Source: Paragordius varius (taxonomy: Eukaryota > Animalia > Nematomorpha). From it: DNA of 64,000 nt. Positions 54,485 to 64,000 of this stretch are shown here, piece by piece. Each line of letters begins with the position of its first letter. Position 1 is the stretch's first letter. A model generated the notes under the pieces. That model was not told where the DNA came from. It did not search any database and saw nothing but the letters and a program-made list of their open reading frames with translations. Location of the stretch: NCBI GenBank assembly GCA_964247055.1, contig OZ176052.1:7750001-7814000 (forward strand). Direction: 5' to 3'. A program made the translations under genes and the position numbers.

Positions 54485-57400
54485 ATGTCTTTTTATTTGG
54501 AAATTCCAACATATTCCATACCCATCTCATTTGCAATTGAGCTTATGAAGGATCGATTGAATTTAGAAAATTCTTCCATTTTTGACATAACATTAGATTA
54601 TTTAAGTCATCACCTTCAAGCGTTTATTATATGTTTATTATAGGTTATGCTTTTCCAAAAATCAAGAATTATGGAATTTATTTCTTCAAAACGAATGTCA
54701 AATATTACAATCTAAATTAAAAGAAATGAATTGTAAACAACATATATTGTTTTGGATGAAAATTAAATTAAAATTAAAAACGTTATCAATTTTTAGTAAT
54801 ATTTTTGTTTATTTTAGAAAACTCTTATAAAAAAGTATTTTTACCAATTTTTTTACAATCTAACATAATTAATAAAATTAACTATGCTTATCATAAAAAA
54901 TCGGATTTGCCAATTTTTCACGTCCCGTTTAAACAAGTGGCTCGTTTATTAAGCAAACGCAATGTTGTTTTGAAAAAGGGAATCGCCTATATTACCCGAT
55001 TGAATTTGCATGAATTTCTGATAGAGTCGCTTTACCTTATCCTTAATGGGCGCAGATCTCTATATTATAAAATATATAGGCATTTAGAAAAATACGATAA
55101 AAGATTTTGTAAAATATTGCAAATTTTTCAGGTATAATTTATACTTAAATTTTAGATAATTTTATCCCAAAAGCAATTTTCAATCAATAGCGTTTCTTCT
55201 CTTAATATCAATAATGAGAAAAAATATTTTCCTCCATGCATGTCATATTTACATAAAAAATTGAGATTTGTCCATAGATTGGATCATCATAGTAGGGTAT
55301 ATTGAAATATGATTGTAAAGAACATTTTACTAAACCATAATATAAGCAAAAGGTAAAATTAAGTTTTAAACGAGTTTACATCTAAAGAAACCGGTTTGCA
55401 GTGTTACTTACATCTAAAACAGTGGCGTCCAACACGCGGTCCTCCAACTTTTTTTTACTGCTCGCGAAAATTTGATGGATCCAATATTTTATAATTTAGA
55501 AAATTTATATTAAAATATAATTTTTTTATTAGATTTTATTCAGTATTATCTTTACTTCGTTTATTAACACCATTAATTGTTTAGTAAAAGGCATTTTACG
55601 GCCTTTTAATATTTTTATATATACCACATATTATCCTTATTTTTTGAAATGCGGCCCGCGAAGCCATTTATGCTGAACACTCCTGATCTAAATTAATAGC
55701 ACTTTTGTTGTTTAGCCAAAAAATTGATTATATGGTAAAAAATTTACCTTATCATCTAACTCTAACATATAATCCACCCGTTTTTGCAATTACCAAATAA
55801 TTTCTCCTTATATAATGAAGACGTTAGTGTTACCTTTTTTAATAAAAAAAACACTTTAAATTAATTTAATAATTATATTTTGCTTGTCTATATATTTTTT
55901 ATAAGATTACCAAAATTAAATGAAATATAAATTGATTTTTATCGTAGATACGATATTCTCTTTTCCTTAAATCTATTGGATTGTCTTATGAAGAAGCATT
56001 GAAATTTTGGAAGGATGAATATTCTCGCGAAAAATGTACCCAACACAATCATGCAAATAATGGCTTAAACAGTCACACATCTTGTAATCATACTTGGCAA
56101 GATTTGGACTATTCCAATTATAAAGGTGCATTCAAAATTTCATGAATAATTTTGGGGCTACTTATAACCTCTAAGATATAAAATGTTGGCATAAAATCAT
56201 ATTTATTTATTTGGTATATTTTGTTTTTAAGGAATAGTATGAACTAATTTTTTATTGGTTTAAATTTTATATCTATTCTGCAAGTTTTGTAACGATGATT
56301 AATTTTAATTTTTTCATTGGGCGTATATATTTTACAATCTAGTTATTAATCATACACATTTGTGTTATTTTACATTTTTATAATTAACTGTATAAAAAGA
56401 TGTATTATAAATGTTTCCGAAGTTTTTAATTATTGACAATTTTAAAGATTATTCTATATTTAGGAGACGCAAAAAGGTATCATTACAATTTGCGCCATCT
56501 TTATGGTATGGAAGGATCTAGAAAAAATTACGCCTGCCAGAGCTGTACACACATCCAGGTCTAAATCTAATATAATTTTTAAATGACAGTCTATTACTTT
56601 AAATCAGGGGTGTCTTACACTAATGGCTTCGCCAGCCACCTTTAAAATATAAGCACAAAAACTATAGTAATTTATAAAATTTAATCTATCATTTAGATAA
56701 AAAAATAATTTATCCCTTTACCAAAAAATTAAATGTGTTTGAAAAATTATTGAATTAGATATCAATTTTCTCAGTAAAAGCTTAAACACTTAACAAATAT
56801 TTTATTAAGGGGAAAATAATATGAATTTTAATGTTAGTTACCATTTTGTATATATAGCTAGCTCGTTTGCAAATTATCGAATTCTGATTTTACTTTGATT
56901 TTTTTAAATTTTTCGCGGTCCGCATAGAATACCTCGGAGGGCCGCATATGGGCTACATTTTGACACCCGTGGTATAAAAATAATATTATGATTAAAATAT
57001 TGGCCCCATTTCTTTAGTTTAACAACTTTACTAACTAGTTATATTACTATGATATATGACAAATAACATAATTAATTTTTAATCAATATAATTTATGTGA
57101 TAAAATTCTTTTATTAATAACTATAATTATTACAAATGGCCAACAAAGTCCTCCTGTCACTTCCCCGCGGTGTTAGCTGGGGCATAAAAATGCGCTAACG
57201 GCAAAGGTCAGTTTCTAATGATCTGTAAAATCATTAGTTGTATATAAGGGCATGTGTAACGTAAAAAATTGCCTCAGATTACCACGAAGTATAAATATTA
57301 TGAATATGAATTACTTCATAGTATGAAAACTCCGAATTCGGAGTCCTACCCTTTATGAGAATTCTTACTAAACATTTAACTAAGCAGATAAAATATTATA

Positions 57401-57770
57401 AAAATCATTGTATACAAAAAAATACAACTATTATCTTTCATAGGAACAAATCCAAAAGCCTTTGGATTCACCGGGATGCCCATTTTTGCATTTTCCATCA
57501 TCGAATCTCAAAGCATACTTGCTGCAAGATGTAAAAAACTCTATTTTGCCAAATGGAAAAGATGATCTCAATCAAATTGTACCTGACATTGAAGATATTT
57601 GCAATAATGTGCAAAATATTTCGCCATCGTTAAGATGTCACAATTTTTTATTTTTAAAACGCTCATTAATGCATGATACTCAATATTCATCTAATACTCC
57701 TACTACCAAAATGACATTCAGAAGTCCTGATCAGTATTATATGGCTATAAAATATGACAATACAAATTAA
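54485..57770 (+). CDS. PRIM2: DNA primase large subunit-like (PRIM2 family, divergent)
   Basis: Exons 54485-54621, 54644-54795, 54818-55131, 55156-55296, 55948-56125, 56464-56558, 57444-57770. Motifs DYLSH, FHVPF, FPPCM, HHSRIRYSLFLKSIGL, FWKDEY, YHYNLRHLYGMEG, SC, GCPF, RCH, SPDQYY; four Fe-S cysteine positions present. The exon 5 donor is the least certain junction. Confidence 0.88.
55420..55685. mobile_element. 266-bp hAT-like MITE in PRIM2-like intron 4
   Basis: CAGTGGCGTCCAAC...GAACACTCCTG termini; 8-bp flanks ATCTAAAA / ATCTAAAT; carries GCGGCCCGCGAAGCCATT. Confidence 0.78.
56605..56971. mobile_element. hAT-like MITE of the same family in PRIM2-like intron 6
   Basis: CAGGGGTGTC...GACACCCGTG termini; GGCTTCGC and GGGCCGCAT subterminal motifs; TSD degenerate. 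Confidence 0.65.
57138..57207 (+). ncRNA. HDV-like (CPEB3/RTE-type) self-cleaving ribozyme fold, slightly degenerate
   Basis: P1 GGCCAAC/GTTAGCT (G.U first pair, one C-A mismatch); P2 TGTC/GGCA; P3 ACT/GGT; L3 TCCCCGC; P1.1 GG; P4 GCAT-AAAA-ATGC; J4/2 CTAAC with the catalytic C at 57195. Order and spacing follow the antigenomic HDV pattern. Confidence 0.72.
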
Positions 57771-59308
57771 TATATGTATTAATAAATTTTTTTATTATTT
57801 ATTATACAAATTATTTTTGATAGCAATTTATCGAGCTAAGCCTATTATTATGTTACAAATAGTTTAACTAATTCGGAAAATCTCGTTGTATAGCATGGTA
57901 TTAAATCTGTTTATCAACTAATAATTTGGTTGTATGGGCTTGTTTTATTTAAATACTGGTTCTGACTATTCGTATTTAAAGCGGTAAATTGCTTTTTGGT
58001 TATCAAAACGCCGAATAGTACTAGATTAGGTATTGGTTTTATAGTATTGTAAACAGTTATAACGAATATAAAAATTTTAGATGCCTGATATTGACTTTGG
58101 ACCAAACAGATTGAGAGAATTACACTATAATATTTCTTTCATTATCAACTAATTAAAAAATGTGTGCCATGCAATCAAAATATTTTTTTTAAAAAACCCA
58201 TTAAATTTGATATATTTTTTTGATTCCAATGCGGCTAGATTAATCGTTTGTTACCATTCCTAAATTTTATCAATGTAAAATGTTTGCGATGCGGGATATT
58301 TAATAATCACCTCTAAAAAACCTTGAAAAATATCCACATTTTAAAAAGATATAGGGGAGGCCTAATTCATGAGAATCCTTTATTTCTTTACAATTTGTAA
58401 ATAATTATTTCTCATTACTATGATTGACAATTATTATTGAACACTTTGATGTGGGTTTACAAAAGATAAGCTGAAAGTACATTCGCTTGTGGGAATCGTT
58501 TTATTGAATAGGCGGTAAAAACTTAGCAATTCTAGATCCTCGTATATAATGCGACAAAACCATTTCTTAGAAAAAGAGAAACTCCCATAAAAACTCTTTT
58601 AAAACTTCATATTTAAAGCCCTGGGATTAAAAAATCTTTATATATCTTTCCCGCAAAAGTGAAATGATAATAAAAGGTTTTCACTTAGAACTCTTAATAT
58701 ACATGTTAAAACAATCGATTCCCAAAAGTGTAATCCAAACTTATGAATTATTACAATACTGGAAAATTTTAAGGCATCCAATCCTGAGACATTCCAAAGC
58801 ATACGGTTATAACTAAAAACATAATGAATAGCCAAATATAATAAAGTAAAAAAATTTCTGTCAATTAATTCTAATTCAAGTTAAGGGGTCGGAAAAATTA
58901 TAGCGTTTTTTTAAATTTTGAAATATTTTAAGAACTTTTTCTCTTGTAAAGTTACTACATCCCTATTATCTATCTACAGTATGCATATTTTAGCTTATTG
59001 GTCAATTAGTAATACGTAGCGTGTGTTTTATAAAACAAATTTGACCATAATAAAATTATAATTAGAGAAAAAGTTGTTTAATTTCAACATTTCGTTTTTA
59101 CATACTTTACCGTGTTAACGATTGAACAGCTATAATGTGAATAAGCCATCATAAATGTGCATATTGTAAAATCAAGTTTGTTTTTACCAAAATTTGTTAA
59201 GCGTGATATGCTTTATTTAAAACTTTAATTTATATATTCCACGCGATATTTAGGTTTAAAGTTTTACCTAAAAAAAGGTTATTTCCAGTCTAAATTTTTA
59301 CTCCTAAG

Positions 59309-59546
59309 CAGAGGAATAGCTAGGGGGAAAGGGGGGCTGATGCACCGGGTGCCATAGTTAAACAGGCGCCGGATTTTAAAATTTATTAATTTTATTTCAA
59401 AAAATAGGTGTTTAAAAATTATTATTTTAAATAATACATAAATAACACCCATCATGAGTGGTATTGTCTAAAAGCGGTAGGGGTTATGGAGGGGGTACCA
59501 TCACGGATTCATGCACCGGGCGCCAGAAATGCAAGCTATGCCTCTG
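59309..59546. mobile_element. 238-bp MITE-like element
   Basis: Termini CAGAGGAATAGCT / AGCTATGCCTCTG; internal direct repeat ATGCACCGGG(T/C)GCCA; no clear TSD. Confidence 0.55.
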
Positions 59547-59613
59547 TACTTCCATACAATATTTGGGATCATTTTTATTAGTTACAAAAACTTAGTTAAG
59601 ATATTCTTTTTAA

Positions 59614-60005
59614 CACTTGGATACAACACATTCATTTCAGTCTTTCGATTCAAATTGGGGTCGTTGGATACCCCAGACCTGTTTAAAATTAAATACTAGA
59701 AAATATGGAATGAATTGAAACTATGGCATGAACCAAATTATAAAAATATCAAAAATACTTGATATAACTTATAATTAAAACCCAAAGGTAAAAATTTGTC
59801 AACCTGACATGTGTGCATTAGCTAAATTTTAAAATAATACAAAATAAACCACTTTATATGTTTCTATCAATCTTAGATGTCATTTAAATAAAAAATTAGC
59901 TTTAATTTTGACTTTAAAATTAAACACGATATTTTGCAAAAATTTTGCAAAATAAATATGAAGTAGTTTGATATGGATTTTTTCAAAACCAAATTTTATT
60001 TAGAT
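59614..60005. mobile_element. TTAA-MITE family, copy 3 (truncated)
   Basis: TTAA|CACTTGGATACAACACATTCATTTCAGTCTTTCGATTCAAATTGGGG; similarity to copies 1 and 2 ends near 60005. Confidence 0.72.
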
Positions 60006-60976
60006 TTGGCTTATTTATATAATTTTTAAGGGATTTGTGAGGATTGTTGATTGATATTCCAATATTTATAAATTCTATTTTGCTTCGCTCTCATGTAAGA
60101 TTTAAAATAAAACAGTATAAATATTTTACACACTCATAAACCAGATGACAAAAAAATGCAAAATATTTGGTTTTATTTTGATATATAATTTTTTTACCGA
60201 ATAAAGTATGAATGTTAAGATTTTAATAGGGAGTTTAGCTAGTTAATAATTAAATTTTAATATAGTTTTTCATTAAAATTTTGTCTTTTAAGTGTGATAA
60301 AAGAAAAACGCCATCTTTTGACCTGAAATTTTATAGAAACCCTAACTATAAGATTTTATGCTATTTATATATTGAAAATATCTCTTAAAATGATATTTCG
60401 GATTTTATCATTATTTTTTGAATTATCCTTAATTTTCACTTTTTGCCCGATTTCGATTTTCTCACTATATTTCAAAAACAAATTGTCAACAAATAAAAAT
60501 TTTTGCCGCAAATGAATACGCTGGTCATAAGCTATTTCACGAAAAAAAATTTTTTTGTTAAATCAAAATGACCCTCTTTTTTGCACAGTCTATATACAAC
60601 TAGGCTTGTTTTTTTTAAAAAAAAAACATTTTTTATTCTTTTATGGGCTAACATTGTTTTATGCTATACGCTACTGTATAGTATTCACTAATTTACAAAT
60701 TGGTATTTTCGACCCTTGTTATTTATTAGATTGACCAGTAACCTCATATTAAAATTGATCCGGTGTCCACAAAGGTTTAGCTTTAGATAATCATTATAGA
60801 TCATTTGCTTCAAATATATGTAATTTTTGACCATGAAATATACGTTTACCAAATCAGGTGGATGTGTGCGCATATGACTATTAATTTGAAAGGTATAAAA
60901 TAAAATACTGCGCACCTTTATATAAAATACAACTATTTTTTATATTTCCCCCTTTTGAGAGTGTGATATAAACAAT

Positions 60977-62117
60977 GGGTGGAGTGAATAAAAAAAAGGA
61001 AACACTCTTTCCTTAGCTTTTTTAAGAGATTCCTTAATTTGGAGTGAATAAAAAGCTAAGGAAACCCTAAAAAAATTAACATTAGATTTTTAAGGAAACA
61101 CTTGTTTTCAAGTGAATAAAAAAATTTATTAAAGCAAACCCTACATATTTTTTAGGATGCTAAATACCATCCTTATATATTTATAAATTTTATAACAATC
61201 GATAGTAGAGGATCAAACAAGGCAATTAGAGCTAATACGGTTTTGATATTAGATTCGATAAGTTTAAATTTCAATTTTCAAAGTTATTTTTATACATTTT
61301 AGATTTTTCTAGTATATTTGGAATACAGCGTAGAAACTAAATGTTTGCTCAACGATCTTAGATAAGAAACAAAAAAAGATATAAGAGAATCAATTATCTA
61401 TGAAACAAAATCTACGATTTAATAATCAAACAATAAACTTTATGACAAAATACTTTTTCCTGATTTCGATTAACGAACAAATCTCATTTCTTAGTATATG
61501 CAAGCCTCAAAAATATTAAGTCAATCAGTTTCTTAGTTATTCTTGCTAAATGAAAATTTGTATACAAACTATTATTTATCATAAAAAAAATGTATAAATA
61601 AACTTTAATCTATTTATTATTTAATATAAAATGTGAATTAGATTGTCATAATAATTTAAAAATTCTTCCGATTCTGTGCGATCTTAAGAATTTAGGAATA
61701 TTTCCTCCGATTTCGTGCGATCTTTTATGACAACGTTTCCTGTATTATTTAAATCATATTTTTTTGATTGAAGTTTTCATATCTATCGCTATATCTGATC
61801 TATCTCATAATAATTCTTTGTTTCTGTCAACAAATCATTTTGTAGATTTTTATAAGCTTCTTTTTTTGAATTACAATATATGGTACCATAGATTTGTTTA
61901 AAACTATGGGATATCTAAAATATTAAATATTAAGTTACTTGCAAGAATAAGTCTCAATTTTTCATTAGGTACATTTATATCGGTTTTAGGCATGGTTTAA
62001 GGAAACTCGAGAGTTAATCAGATGTGTTTTTTATATGAATTATAAGGAAACCCTTTCTTTGAAAAAGTGAGCATAGGAAACACTTAAAGGGTTTCCTTTT
62101 TTTTATTCACTCCACCC
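60977..62117. mobile_element. 1.14-kb non-autonomous TIR element with GGG termini and 3-bp AAT flanks
   Basis: GGGTGGAGTGAATAAAAAAAAGGAAAC ... GTTTCCTTTTTTTATTCACTCCACCC; AAT on both sides; subterminal repeats of GAGTGAATAAAA and GGAAAC(A/C)C. Confidence 0.8.
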
Positions 62118-63610
62118 AATGGTTTGTTGATTTTTTTTCAACATATACAAATATAAACGCGAGCCATTATGCAAATATACGTTTTATTGTATATTGGAAA
62201 AAATAAAAACACGTAAAAAGCTTTTTCCAGTTTTTATTTCTAAAATTAATTATAATCGATATGATAATTAATTCTGAAAATTGAATTATGTGTCAACGGC
62301 AATAAATGGTTTCTAACAACATTTTTTTGGAGTTTTTTGAAGAGTTATATTTAGTTCGCTACCAGCTATTACTCATTGAGAAAGCAATCAACAATATAAA
62401 TTTTTAAAAAATCTGTTATAATTAATTTAGCACTGTGTGTAATAAAATGTAGTCATTTTATGCATACATAGTAAAGGGAATAAATTTATTACACATACAT
62501 TGTCCATTGTTTATTATATATTTAAATTATCATGTACGCATAAAAAATATTTATTTTATTTTTACTCCTTTTTTTCAGATTCTCCTTTATATCTCGCGGT
62601 TAATGTATTACAGTAATAATTTTTATATTTTTTTTATAATTTAATTAGTAAATCTATCAACATATTTGAACATAGATAATTTGAAAAGTTTTATCAAAGC
62701 GTTTGCTGTTTTGCAATGATATACAACATTTATGCAAATTAGTTCCCAAAAAGTTTAACCACACAGCATATACACATTTACAAGAAACGAATGACAAAGT
62801 GGACAAAGTGTTTCATCAATAAATAATATTTCTTTGATACTTTGAAAGTTCATCCGTTATTACAGAGTAAGATTGCCATTATTATTCTTATTAGTTTTTT
62901 GCACTAATGCCTTGATATTCTGTATTGATCATTATCATTCCGAAAAATCTTTATCCAATTATAAGCTAGTATTTTGGATATCTGACTCTAATTATAATTT
63001 TGTTTTCAGCATTTATTGTGTACAATACTCTAAGAAATTACCATTTTTGAAAGTTCTTACAATACACCTCATCTCACATCCAATACCAAAATAAAACTTA
63101 TAATTTTAATCTTCTATCCCTTGCTACACATATCCCACCGAAAAAGTTAATATACTCTAACAGGTTGCTGTAAAAAGTTTTTTGTCATAAAAAGGGTTCG
63201 CATTATGTGACACACATTTGGAAATATTTACCATGTATTATTATAGAAGTTGATCCAAATACATTTGGTAAAAGTGCTTTTATCCGTTTTTTGGATCCCT
63301 TGATAAATTATTTATGAGATTTTATCGTAGTACTAACGGAATCATTTAACTATAAACTACAAAGTTTAAACGCTTTACTTTTGAAAGTTTACACGTAACA
63401 AAATTACAGGCATATATGGATGGCAGTTAACGGTAATCACACGACACTTATACACTCCTTAAAAATGTTTTTGTTGGTCATTCCTTATCTTTTATAAATG
63501 ATCCATAATAATAAACTTTATAGTTTTAATTCAAAAGAACTCTACATAGTTTTTAGCGTTTCTAGTGGCTGTGCTATATTTTATATGCATAAGAATTTAT
63601 CATTATCATC

Positions 63611-63894
63611 ATGACATCTATTACAAATTTTATTGGTCTTACCAAATTTTTCCCTCAAACAATCCAGCAATTATTACAAAAGCCAAATATATCGTTGATT
63701 AAGCTATATATAGCAATTTTTACCACAATTGTATGTAGTATCTTAGTTAATACGCTCAGCAGGACATCGCTTGGATGTAATGCATTCAACCTGGACACCG
63801 ATGTCCCAATCATCAAAACAGGTGTTGTCAATAGCTATTTTGGGTTTTCGGTCGCTCAACATCAAATCAATTTTGGCCGCTTTAGGGAAAAAGT
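63611..63894 (+). CDS. Integrin alpha subunit, first coding exon (gene continues beyond window)
   Basis: Hydrophobic leader followed by the mature integrin-alpha start FNLD..VP..KTG..NSYFGFSVAQH; GTAAGT donor at 63895. Confidence 0.9.
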
Positions 63895-64000
63895 GTAAGT
63901 TAATTTACGTATTTTTACCACAAGTAGATTTTATTTAGTTTTTAGAATTAGGAATCGCATTTTTTATGTAAACAACTTTTTTTAAATTGAGTTTTTATAA

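Noticed and set aside
57215-57350. Possible hammerhead ribozyme (CTAATGA ... GAAAACTCCG/CGGAGTC)
   Set aside because: The core is not CTGANGA, stems I and II cannot be formed with correct spacing, and the cleavage triplet is out of register.

Overview
Very AT-rich animal (metazoan) genomic DNA with spliced genes; no database search was possible, so all calls come from manual translation and recalled family motifs. Host genes in order: last exon of DUS3L (+), a lysine-rich orphan ORF (+), a 13-exon CRIM1-like gene (+), a Kunitz-domain exon (+), a complete 11-exon LMAN1/ERGIC-53 gene (-), a head-to-head TMA16 (-) / PRIM2-like (+) pair, and exon 1 of an integrin alpha (+). Mobile DNA includes a full-length decayed Chapaev3-like transposon (with a nested TTAA MITE and a second, convergent ORF), a non-autonomous Helitron carrying a ~320-bp tandem array, a decayed RTE-clade LINE and several MITE families. 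The main surprise is a class of ultra-short GT-AG introns (21-28 nt) needed to rebuild LMAN1, TMA16, PRIM2-like and the transposase, coexisting with kilobase introns in the same genes. Second is an HDV-like self-cleaving ribozyme fold in the last PRIM2-like intron. The supplied ORF track misses many exons for these reasons.
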